Program-made: the position numbers and the translations under genes
From: Eledone cirrhosa
Lineage: Eukaryota
Assembly: GCA_964016885.1 (NCBI GenBank)
Contig: OZ024746.1
Span: 75,950,001-76,014,000 of the forward strand
Length of the DNA stretch: 64,000 nt
Direction: 5' to 3'
The notes under the pieces: model-generated
The model's database searches: none
What the model was told of the DNA's origin: nothing
Seen by the model: only the letters and a program-made list of their open reading frames with translations
Shown: positions 52,091 through 64,000 of the stretch, piece after piece
Layout: each line of letters starts with the position of its first letter
Position numbering within the stretch: the first letter of the stretch is position 1

Positions 52091-54584
52091 TTTCAAACTA
52101 CTCACATTAAACAAAATGTTTCCATATCTAATTTATAATTTCAACTGTGTATCCAGTTTAGAATAGGCACCCCATATCCCTGTGTTGTAAGAAATGATTA
52201 AAAAGGTGGTTAGTGCCTGGAAAGACATCAAACTGTAAAGAATTGTTTGAAAAAGTCCCATTCATCCTATTCCAACATGTAAAAGTAATGATAATGATAT
52301 ATTTTCTGTGTAGCTCTCCCATTGCATTAGAAACTTGTATTCCAAACACCAGATTAATATCTTTATCACCATCATTGTTGTTATCACTGCCATGATACCC
52401 AGAAAGTATGAGTGATAAAGATTTGGGGGCTTAAAGAGAGAAGCATAACTGGAGATGGGTTGGTTATATTTTAAGAAGACTAGATGGATGTTTGGTAATG
52501 CAAGCCTTGGATTGGAACCCAGATGGGAAGAGGAAGATGAGATGCCCCAGGATCCTCTAGTGGAGATTAGTTGAAGAAATGAAGGTGGCAGGGATGACAT
52601 GGAATTAAGTGTGAGCTCATAGTTAATACTATGCTTACTTATTGATATCATGTTACAGTAATTAATATGAGAGGTGTCAAATAAAGCTGATATAGATTAT
52701 GTCCAAAGTATGATGATGACTATGTAATTCAATAAGTAAAGATCAATAAAATAAGTACTAAACTGAGATAAATATTATAAACACTATGATTGACTAAAAC
52801 ACTCCAGTATGGCTGCAGTCTAATGGTTGAACGAGAAATAAGTTAGAATAACATTTCATATAGAAACATAAGCTGTTTGTTGTTGATTAAACACAAATAA
52901 CATAACCTTGATAATATGTGAATAAACAGCCATCAGGCTTCACACTTCTGTTCAAGAAAATATTACTAAGGAAACTATTAGTTTTTTTTCCTTGCTATAT
53001 ATGTTTTATTTTGTTTCATATTCACATAGATCTTTGCAAACTAAACTGAATACCTTTACTCAATGTCCCTGCTTTTTTAAAGGTTATTGAATACAAGAAT
53101 ATAAGACAAACAGTTTGACATTCACATTTTTTATTCTTTTATGGGTTTCCGTCATTAGACTATGGCTATGCTGGGTCATTTCCTTGAAAGAATTTAATAG
53201 TTCATATTGACCCTACTGGGTTTTTTTAAAGTCTGGTACTTATTAATATCAATCTCTTTTTGTCAAACCACTAAGTCAATGTAAACACAGATGCACACAC
53301 ACTTACATATATACGATGGGCTTCTGCACAATTGATGTCAACCAAATTTTACTCATAAGTCATCGGTCATCTTGAGACTATAGTAGAAGACACTTGCCTA
53401 AGATGCCATGCAAAACTCAAAACTGAATGGTTTAAAAGCAAACTCCTTAATCCTCAGTAATGCTGTGTGTGTATGAATGTATGTATATATACTAACATTC
53501 TGGTATGTCTCTTTCATGATTTCTGACTATATACATAACAGATTGGATTAAATTTGATTGGAAAAGGATACTAATATAAAGCAAAGAATACATAATAAAA
53601 GTGGTAGAGCTTTGGACAATATGCTTTGTGGCATAAAGTTATAGCCCTTTATGTTCTGAGTTCAAATCCTGTCGAAGTTAGCTTTGCTTTTCATCCTTAC
53701 GGGGTCAATAAAATGAAGCACCAGTAATGCACTGGGGTCAATTTAATCTATTTTTCACTTTTCCAAATTGCTGGCCTTGTGCCTAAATTAGAAATCATTA
53801 TTATTGGATTGGCAGTATCGGTAGAGCGTCGGATACAATGCGTTATGGCCCTTTACGGTCTGAGTTCAAATCCCGCCGAGGTTAACTTTGCCTTTCATCC
53901 TTACGGGGTCGATAAAATAAAGTACCAGTAATGTACTGAGTTATTGCTGGCCTTGTGCCAAAAGTAGAAACAATTATTATTAATTTATTTATTTATTTAT
54001 TTACTTTTCCACTGGTGGATACTTTTATTGTTCTTGTAAACTTGTATTGAAATATACTCTCACCAGCTTTTTCCCCACCATAGACACATATACACACATA
54101 TTTGCTACTGCAAATTCAACACCTATCCTCTTTGTTAACATCCTGTCAGTACACATATAATTCCTTGCTTGACAGAAATGTTTTGAGAAATATGTTAATA
54201 TATTTTTAGAATAAGATTTGAATATATTTATTAATTTTTTTAATTTTTACTTTTTTAACGTATGTTTTTTATTTATAATTTTAATTTACTTTTTAATTTA
54301 ATTATACCACTATGGTATTTTAAATTTGTTCAATCTTTTGTTCAGTAAAAAAAAAAGTATAAGAAAAATACTAAAATATTTTTGTTTTGTTATTATTGTT
54401 TTTGTGTGTGGAAGGATGGTGGATTGTTGCTAAACAAATTATCATCATCATCTTTGTTGTTGTCATTTTATGCCTGCTCTTTGATGCTGGTTGATTTGGA
54501 CAGATTGTCAAAGCTTGAGTCAGCTCCTATTTAGAGTTAGCACCCCTCCACTAGTGTGTTCTGTACCTATGTTTCATTGGTATA

Positions 54585-54908
54585 CAGTGTACCCCTGATA
54601 TTCGCGGTCCTGGTTATTCGCGGAATTTTTCTTAGAACCTAACTAATAATTGTTCGTAGAAACCACCGTATATTCACAGAATCATAAATATCTTCCGAAA
54701 TTTTTTAATGGCTTTTTTCGTGGCAATATATATTTTTTCATGCTTTTTAACGCCAAATTATTAATAATATACCGTATTTGTTGGCTTATATTTTAAGTTA
54801 CGTTTTGACGTTCATAGGCATTTTTGTGGACCATGTCCAAAATTTGCGGTTTTTCACTCTTTGTGGTGCTCTAGGAACGTAATCCAAGCAAATACTGGGG
54901 AACAAATG
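54585..54908. mobile_element. Tigger/pogo-like MITE
   Basis: TA|cagtgtacccctgatattcgcg ... gcaaatactggggaacaaatg|TA. Confidence 0.6.
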
Positions 54909-55920
54909 TATTATGATATTTAGCATGGTTTCTATGAAAAGCCGACCACTTTACTCAGTGTATTGGGGGAATATTATTGTGGCACCATCACTAGAGGGTT
55001 TATCTTGTCCCTGATAAGACTAAAGAGTATGCTCTCTGTTCATTCACTAGTATCAGAGAGGTTGTCTCACCCACAGCAAGACCAAAGAGAATTAATTCTC
55101 TCTTCTCTACATTGTCTCCAGTCATTCATTCCTTTCTTTTCCTACACTACTGAGTGAAGAGAGATAAAGATAAAGCTAGATAGATAGACAAATATATGTA
55201 TATATATATATCTATATATATATTGAGAGAGAGAGCCACATGATAGTTGCTGGATAGCCAAGAAGATGATAGAAGAGAGAATAATGGGAGAGTTCTAGTT
55301 GATGACAGAAAAGAGAGTAATAGAGAGAACCAGAATGTTAAGTGTGAGAGAGTGATAGGTGTAAGAGAGTGATAGAGGTAAAAGAATGATAGAGGAGAGG
55401 ATAATTGAAGACATAATGATTGTTGGTAAAGAGATTGAATAGAAACAGTGTGAGAGAGATTTATTCTAAGTTCAAACTTCTACTTTACCTTTTTATCTTT
55501 CAAGAGTTGATAAAATAAATGCATATAATTGATTATACATTCCCCACAAATTTGTGGTCCTGTTCCTGTATTATAAATCACTGTTGTTTACTGTTAGAGG
55601 TAAACTCCAAGAGTTCTTTGTCCATAGCTTAGTTTTCATTTCAGATTGAGGCAGTTCCACTTTCCTTACACATCTAATGCTTTTAAAGTAGGTATTAACT
55701 TTACATAATCTCACTCCTCTCTCTACCTAAATACTGTGCTTTTCTGTACCTAATTAAGAAATTGTTGATATCTACTGTGTGGTGAAGCAGAAAAAAATTC
55801 TCACTTATTGCTTCTTTGAGGTATTAAGTTCTCTGCTTCCCTAACAGGGTTGGGCTGACTTTTCTTTTACTGCTTTAAAGTTGAAATAAAAAAAAAGGAA
55901 TTTACTGCTGACCCATTTTT

Positions 55921-56485
55921 AGGGCTCCAGTCTTATGTTGTTGTTGTTATAGCTCACACTTATGTAAGATAGCTGAACATCAACGATGTTGTATCTAAGA
56001 AGAGGTTTTTAGGGTGTTTTATGATAGAGGCTCTAGTCTTATTAAGTTGCTATAACTCACACCTATGTAAGTTTAGCTGCCCTTCTACAGATTTGCATTT
56101 CATAGGAGGTTTCTTGGGTGTGTTAATTATAGGGACTCCAGTTGTATCATGTTGTTGCTGTTACAAAATACACTTATGCAGTTTTAGCTGGCTCCCTACA
56201 AGACTGCATCTCATGGGTGCTTTCTTGGACATTTTAACGATAGGTGTTTCAGTTCTATCAATGTGTTGTTACAGCTCACACATAGGTAGATTTATCCGGC
56301 TTCCTAAGAGGTTCTTTCTCATAGGAAGTTTCTTGGGTGTTTTAATGACAGGGGCTCCAGCACTATCATGTAAAGCAATGGAAAATGAAGTGTCTTTCTC
56401 AAACACAACACCACCTACTCCAGGAATCAAATCCACAACCTTATGATCATGAATCCAACATCTTAACCACTAAGCCATGCTCCAC
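55921..56485 (-). mobile_element. CORE-like SINE carrying about four diverged copies of a 105-111 bp module
   Basis: tRNA/CORE head at about 56375-56485(-). A single copy of the same module follows a SINE head at 25850-26055(+). Confidence 0.6.
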
Positions 56486-57916
56486 CACTTTAAAGTTACT
56501 AAAATATATTTATTCAAATAAGAAGAATATATTGAAAGAAATATCTCCTTAGTGTAATAATGCAGGTTCTTACTCATGTTATTTATTTTATTTATGTCAA
56601 AGGAGTAAAAATCTTAGTGAAGTTTGACTTCATACTCTCACCTCTCTATATATATGTATGTTTGTATGGACCTGTAACTCTTGATGGAATTGTAGGGGCA
56701 GTGTAGTGACATTTTAAACCTGGCGGAGCCCATCTCTCTCCATGTCTGAACATGCCCAATTTTTTCCAGCTATGACATCAAATGCAGTTCAACCTGCATG
56801 AGAATTAAGTTTTCTTTGGACTAATGTCATCTCACCTGCAGCCAGCCTGCCTCAGAGCCAAACAACAGTAGTGGTGGTGGTGGTGGTGGTGGTGGTAGTA
56901 GTAGTAGTAGTGATGGTGGTGGTGGTGGTGGTGGTGGTAGCAGTGGGGTTTCAATTCAATGCTCTCTTCATCAACCAGTGCCCCCCTTCATGACGAGTGC
57001 ACTTATATTAGAAAGACCTTACACCTTGACCTCTGCATGTGTGAGTCACACAAATGTTGTGGAGTCAGAGTTGACCAGAGTAGGTCAGTTGCCTTGATGT
57101 GGAACCTGGATGTGGTCTGTTTCCCATCACAACTGGAGCCTGCTGGCCTCAACCGTGGTGACAATAAGCGTTCAGAGAGCATAACCCTTTTCCCATTTTA
57201 AGGTAGGTAAATCACTAATCTGGGATGTCACATGGTGTGATGCATTCTCTGATTCCAACCACATATATATATGTGTGTGTAAAGTGGTTGGAATTAAGAG
57301 AGGTATCCAGCCATAGAAACCATGGCAAATATGGATTTCATACCTAATCTCAGCCTGTGACAACCTGTCCAACCCATGCCAACATGGAATGTAGACGTAA
57401 AAGGATGATGATGATAATATATCTTATTAGTTTCAGTGTAAATTTCACATCAGAGTTAATAATCCTCACCTGCTCTAATTTATATTATACTTTGTGTTTA
57501 AAAAAATAAATATCTCACTACTTCCTTATTACCACCACCACCCCCGCCACATGTACCAGCAACACTACTACTACTACTACTACTACTACTACCACTACTA
57601 CATTACCACTACCACCATTGTTACAGTATATAACCTTTGCTGAGAGTATATAACCACTGACTGAAATTAGGCTGAATCACACGTAAGGAATATTTTCGTC
57701 ACTTCTAATGACAAAGTGAAATTTCCTAAGTAATTAATTAACAGGTTTGACAAGATTCGTTACTTCGAACTGATTATTTTAAGCAATAAACTATAATTGG
57801 TTTGATTGTGATATTAGAAACCATGACGGGAAAACGGGAAATGATAATGATTATATATATACATATATATTTAGACAGAGTAGGAAGGTTAATTTCCGAC
57901 CTAAACTTATATACCA

Positions 57917-58290
57917 GTGGTTTTCAAACTTATTTTATCGTTGACGCAGGGCGGACGCTACTACTAAGGTTAACTAGGCAGCTGCTTAGGGCGCAAACCT
58001 CAGAGAGACGGAGACTGAACCTTTCAACTTGGTTTGATATATGAACCTCTATTTGACTATATATATGGCCAGCACTCCCATTAGGCCAACTACACATGCG
58101 GCGTAGGTGAGTGTTGATTGTATAGTAGAAAATCCAGGCTTGGTTTGGTTAGAAACCTAGTTTTGTCAGCTTGCCAAACTGTAAGCTGAAATTATCTTTA
58201 TTTGGGACAATGGGGCGTATAACTGGGAGAAGAGGGCGCACATTGCAGACCTAACCCAAGACGCTAAATACCCAGGCATCGGCCATGCGC
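57917..58290. mobile_element. hAT-like MITE remnants
   Basis: cagtggttttcaaact terminus and a cagggcggacg...atcggccatg unit. Another candidate lies at about 58745-58949. No clean 8-bp TSD was seen. Confidence 0.35.
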
Positions 58291-59131
58291 AAAACCCATA
58301 CCAATATTTTTCACAAAAAAAACAACAAAATAATTGTGAAGTCATACCTATATTTTATGAACCCCCACAACCCAAATTTTAATAAGAAATTAAATGAAAC
58401 AAAAACTGTTTTATAAAGAAAAATTATTCATATGAAAGAAAAAAACATAATAGATATAATAATTTTTTCCTCATTACCGCCATCACTTGCTGTTTAATCC
58501 TTTCGCATTTAAACCGGCCAGAATTCTATGACCTCTTTCTATTTAAACCGGCTGCTCATACCGACATTAAGGTATTGTTCTCGAAATAATATCAAAATAT
58601 CGTAGATACGATATTATGTGAGATAATTACTGCAAAAATACAATAGTAAATATAGAGCAATGTAAATATACTAAATGGTTAACTAGCTCCTCTATAATTA
58701 TGACGGGGTTAATTTTTGCTTGGAACATGCGGTAACACAGATAGCAGGTGTTGTCGAAGTCATTTTTCCTCTTCCTCTTTTCTTTTTTGGGGGGGTGGTG
58801 GTGGTTCGAAAACGAAGGTTCTTTTAATGATGGATTGATGCAGAACACTGTTGAGCAAAATAAAAAAAAAAGATACTTTATCTCGCAGAACAATCAGGAT
58901 TTTTTCGCGAAACACCAGGGTTCGCCGAAATCCACTATGGGAATTACTGATTTATAGGTTGATGTTAGTAAAAAAAAAATGTGGCTATAGGAAGAATTTC
59001 AGAGTGAAGCAGTTTTGATGAGTAGAGATTAGAGAACTGTTTAGTGTGTGAGATTGAATATAGAATGAATGGTACGGAGAAATGGTTGCGTTGGGTAGGC
59101 TTGAGTACAGTCTTGTTAGTTGAGATAAACT

Positions 59132-59143
59132 GTAGTAGTAGTA

Positions 59144-59174
<31 letters not shown>

Positions 59175-59257
59175 AAGTAGTAGTAGAAGTAGTAGTAGTA
59201 GTAGAAGTAGTAGTAGTAGTAGTAGTAGAAGTAGTAGTAGAAGTAGTAGTAGTAGTA

Positions 59258-59330
<73 letters not shown>

Positions 59331-59370
59331 CAACAACAACAGCAGTAGCAGCAGTAGTAGTAATGGTAGT
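59132..59370. repeat. Compound (TAG)n/(CAG)n trinucleotide tract
   Basis: Read directly. It explains the poly-S/L/Y/T ORFs in the track. Confidence 0.98.
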
Positions 59371-59583
59371 AAGGACCACTTGGGTGCTCAATTCTTAATG
59401 GAGTCGTAGGATCGTTGTCGGGAAATAGAGCGTATGTTGGACATTTTAATGTGACAGAGTGGGCAAGCAAGGGTCAGCTGTTAGTGTTTGACCGGATGGC
59501 ATATTAACTTTACCACACAAATATAGGAACAGTCTCTCATACAAGCTTCAACACCTCAGAAATGAATATGCATAACATAAACA

Positions 59584-60100
59584 ATAGTACCGCTGTCCTG
59601 GGCAAGTACCTTAGCCTCGGATCAACTCATGCTTTGGGAATGAAATTAGGTAGACTTGGAAGACCATCTGATCAACTGTTTCTATAATTCAAAAGGCCCT
59701 CCTTGACACACACTGTGTTAGGCTGAATCTCCCTGAAAATTACTTTTCGGGTATACGCTCACTTGGAATGCTCGGAGACCTGCACGTTAATTTCAAGAGC
59801 AGACCGTTTCGTTGATCGACACACATCGTCAAAACCGACGGAAATCCATTCCGGTATTACTAACCTAAAAAATAGTACCATTATCCTGGGAAAGTACCTT
59901 AGCCTCGGGTCGACCCATGCTTTGGGCATGAAATTGGGTAGACTTGGAAGCCCATCTGATGTCGTATAATTCAAAAGGCCCGCCTTGACACATTGTGTTA
60001 CGCTACTTGCAAGTTAATTTCAAGAGCAGACCATTCCCTTGATCGACGAACTGGAACACACATCGTCGAAACCGACTAAAATTCATTCCGGTATTACTAA
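59584..60100 (+). repeat. Tandem duplication of a SINE-derived segment (period about 288 bp, second copy deleted internally)
   Basis: aatagtacc...ttccggtattactaa occurs twice. The segment is related to 17790-18030. Confidence 0.8.
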
Positions 60101-60133
60101 GCATTATTTCTTAGATAGAATACAGCCAATACA

Positions 60134-60169
<36 letters not shown>

Positions 60170-61179
60170 AGCTAAACAAAACCTCGCACCTAGCCAAGGC
60201 CTCCAGAATTGAGCTCAGTGGTGAGGTGAAAACACGCAACAGAAACGCTACTGAGGCCTTATGAAGATGACTTTGGCTAATTTCCAAAGTACATTTCAAA
60301 AATAAACTCGAGTGTAAAGTATAACTAACAGGTGTCAATAATAAAGAAGCAACTGAATAAAATTTGTTCTATCAACCAGAGAGAAGCTTCATTTAGTTTT
60401 ATCTCAATGTCGTATCATGATGTAATAAGTCAATTTGTTGTGTGCCAATAATTTGTATGTATATGTCCATGTGTCTGTGTCTATGTATGTATGTATGTAT
60501 GTATGTATGTATGTATGTATGTATGTATGTATGTATGTATGTATGTATGTATGTATGTATGTATGTATGTATGTATGTATGTATGTGTGTGTGTGTGTGT
60601 GTCTATGTGTCTATATGTCCATGAGTGTATGTGTCTATACATGTGTGTCTATGTATGTATGTGTGTGTGTATGTGTCTGTATGTGCATGTGTTTACGTGT
60701 ATATACTATCTGGAAACATTCATCAGTATTCTCACGAAATTAAGCCTTTGAGATGTCTGGAATATTTTTCTCTCTCCTTCCCCTCTCTCCTTCAATACAC
60801 ATACACGCGCTTGCAGGCACAAATTCTCATAAATTTATGTCCTAAGATCTTTCTGCATTTCTGAAAGAATGTTGATGCTGATTAATATTATCTCCATATG
60901 TATATCATTTAATAAATATTGAACACACGCACACCTCGCTTAAAGCTACCCCGTTTAGAGCTGATTCATTATAATACTCATTTTTCTTTGCGAATATCTT
61001 AAGTGGGGTAGCACTGCGTTATTGTAATAATTCTATGCTAATATGTAAGAAACTACGATCCACATTCATGTATACTCTTACATATACTAATTGTTCACAC
61101 AATTGTTTATAAAACACGAGTGTAGAATGACCTGGAATTTCAAGTACAGAAATATCATCTCAGGTGCTGAAATCAATAT

Positions 61180-62060
61180 CATACTGAATGTAAAGCTGCA
61201 AGTGTTGAGGTTACTGGGACCTCGAAAACCTCATGCTGGTAAGTATTTAAACCTAGCCACATCAACAATTAGAAAAATGCATACAAAATAAAGCTTCTTC
61301 CATTACGAACCCTTTGTCATCAGCAACAACCTGACGCATTCAAAGTGTAAAAGTTTGGAAAAAAATGGAAAATATGCTTGTTATATGGATTGACGGTGAA
61401 ACAAAATGCAACATGCCATTAAGTTAACTTATAGTGTAAAACTAATAAGTATTGTCAGACACATACAAGAAGAAGGAGGTAACTCAGAAGTATTCACAAC
61501 CTACACAACACTATGTCTCAAGAAGCTGCAAGTGTAAACATCCAAGTAAGCCAAGAAATTCTCCTCATTTTCTTAAGAGTATCAACGAGCGTGACAACTA
61601 TCCGCTCAGATTTGTATTCAAGGCAGATGAAGCTGTTCTTTTATGAAAAAGAATGTTACTCTGCACTTCTATCTCCAGATTGTTTCAAGGTCGGAACAGA
61701 TCACTAACAGAAATACTCGGCGATAAAACTCCAGGATCCTTCACTATGAAGCCAGTACGCGTTTATAATTTGGAAACAACGAGCAATGTAGAAAACATGA
61801 ATGCAATCTGCCTGTAATTTGGAAATGAACAGAAGGCCTGTGGGATAATAAAAAGTTTCACATTGTTCTCTCTATTTTTTTTTTATGCTCATGTTTAACA
61901 GTGATAAAATATTATGAAAAATTAAACTTAAGGCTTTATTAGTAGTTGATAATACTCTAGATCACATCAAAATATCGATGCCCTTCTGTTTACCTAGTAC
62001 TAAACACCGATTCTTTACTCGTTTTTTGATATTTTTTACTGAACTTTACTGAACTCATTT
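61180..62060 (+). pseudogene. Highly decayed pogo/Tigger transposase
   Basis: Scattered motifs in the expected order across several frames: LVIWIDG, YPLRFVFKADEAVL, GNEQKA and KALLVVDN. Confidence 0.6.
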
Positions 62061-62603
62061 TAAATGGCAAGACTGAAAATACACTTAGTGAGCACTTCTA
62101 AACAAAATATTAAACAACTTGTTGTTTTACATTCTTTAACGCCATGAGTGAAATATTGTAGTGAAATATCTGTGTGAGATCGAGATTTTGATGGATAACA
62201 TGGTTGAAGTTTACAAAAACATTTACATAGAGATGGCTGTACTCTGGGGTCGTTTTATATACAAAATCGTAATTTAGTACCGTTTTTGATTTAGCTTCAT
62301 GGGTCGTATAATACTCAAGTCGTATTATACACAAAAGAAACACGATCCACGGCATTCGATGATCTTTCTTGTTTCTGCAATCTGTTCTATTAATCCTAAG
62401 AATTACCCCTCACACTATTTCCTTTTGACCCCATTTATATATATATATGATTATACACAAGAAATTCTATACCATGTTAACAATTACTTTTGATGATTTC
62501 AATTAAGATGTAATTATGATAGAGAATCTAAACAATGTATTGTTTATTTAGTCCCTCTGTTGTTGCCGGGGACCAAAAAGAAAATAAATTAAAATGAAAA
62601 AAA

Positions 62604-62634
<31 letters not shown>

Positions 62635-62848
62635 GAATTAATGAATAGCCTCTGGCAATCTTCCATTAAAAATATTGGAACAGTAAATTTAAAACTTCAA
62701 CCTACACAAACGCAACCACCGAGCGTAATATATATATATATGTATATATAATATATATATATATGTATATATAATATGTATATATAATATATATAACTAT
62801 TATTATTTTACTATCAACAAAGACGTATATATATATATATACATACAT

Positions 62849-62901
<53 letters not shown>

Positions 62902-63067
62902 GTATATATATTATATATATTATATATATATTATATATATATATATATTATATATATATATATATAATATATATGTATATATAATATATATATAATATAT
63001 ATATATAATATATATATATAATATATATAATATATATATAATATATATAATATATATACACATTATG

Positions 63068-63130
<63 letters not shown>

Positions 63131-63153
63131 GTCTTTGTTGATAGTAAAATAAT

Positions 63154-63340
63154 TGTTTCTACATTTGGCACAAGGCCAGCAATTACCCAGTGCATTACTG
63201 GTACTTTATTTTATCGACCCCGTAAGGATGAAAGGCAAAGTTAACCTCGGCGGGATTTGAACTCAGATCATAAAGGGACGTAACTCTATGCTTCAAAGCA
63301 TGGTGTCCGACTCTCTACCGATACTGCCAATCCACCGCCC
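63154..63340 (-). mobile_element. SINE family A, full length
   Basis: 18-bp TSD tgttgatagtaaaataat at 63136-63153 and 63341-63358. Confidence 0.9.
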
Positions 63341-64000
63341 TGTTGATAGTAAAATAATAATAGTTATTTTAAGATGTATACTTCACAATATAACAAAACA
63401 ACTTCACTCAATGCATCATTAATGTATGATGGACATATTAGGTTAGTTGTTTCATGAAGACTGCTGCTGTTGTTGCTCTTCTTGTTGCTGCTGTTGTTGC
63501 TTCTCTTATTGCTGCTGCTGTTGATGCTGCTGTTGCTGCTGCTGTGGCTGTTGTTGTTATCAGAGATACAAACACAGTAAATAAATAAATGAATAATTAC
63601 ATAAATAAACAAATGACAGAGGCATCGTTGTGTGGTTAAGAAGTTCATTTTGCTATGACGGGGTTTTGGTTTAATTCTCGCCGTGTGGTATCTTCAGCAG
63701 GTGTCTTGTATTATAACCTGGGATTGACCGTCTCTGCCTGTAATTGCCCCTCACCTTCATCTTCTTATTTTTTCTTTCCTGATAAAGGACTAGCATCCGG
63801 TATTTTGATACATTCATTTTACTTTTCCAACAAGCGTGAAACTAATAAAACTTTGTGTAACTGTATCTCTGTGTTAGTCTTTTTTAATCTTGAGCTACAT
63901 AATTATTGTTTCTACTTTTGGCACAAGGCCAGCAATTATCTCAGTGTATTACTGGTACTTTATTCTATCGACCCCGTAAGGATGAAAGGTAAAGTTAACC

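Noticed and set aside
56021-56446. 141-aa ORF with 35-37 aa repeats
   Set aside because: It lies antisense within a SINE with amplified modules, and the in-frame indels fall in a (TGT)n run.

Overview
AT-rich, microsatellite- and transposon-dense eukaryotic DNA. The repeat content (tRNA-derived SINEs, RTE LINEs with (TGA)n tails, very long dinucleotide tracts) suggests a coleoid cephalopod such as an octopus; this is inference. The only host coding sequence I can support is the terminal exon of COX11 (46872-47018, +). Positions 1-46871 therefore look like one very large intron, and the rest is 3' UTR or downstream sequence. Nearly all ORFs in the supplied track are microsatellite artefacts or fragments of LINEs (RTE, Tx1/L1, R4/Dong, CRE) and DNA transposons (maT DD37D, pogo/Tigger, TTAA-type MITEs). 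The most interesting signal is at the RNA level: six minimal type-I hammerhead ribozyme motifs between 31.8 and 47.8 kb. Each lies in a short sequence island within or beside (TA)n tracts, consistent with Penelope-like or retrozyme termini. Five are antisense to COX11 and the single sense copy has a damaged core. Three unrelated copies share the same C-C mismatch in an elongated stem II. Other notable structures are a 179-bp near-perfect inverted repeat, several hairpins, nested TTAA MITEs, microsatellite-associated LINEs, 18-bp and 37-bp minisatellites, and an apparent CpG-depletion boundary near 57.6 kb. All alignments and folds were done by eye, so repeat boundaries are approximate unless a target-site duplication (TSD) is quoted.
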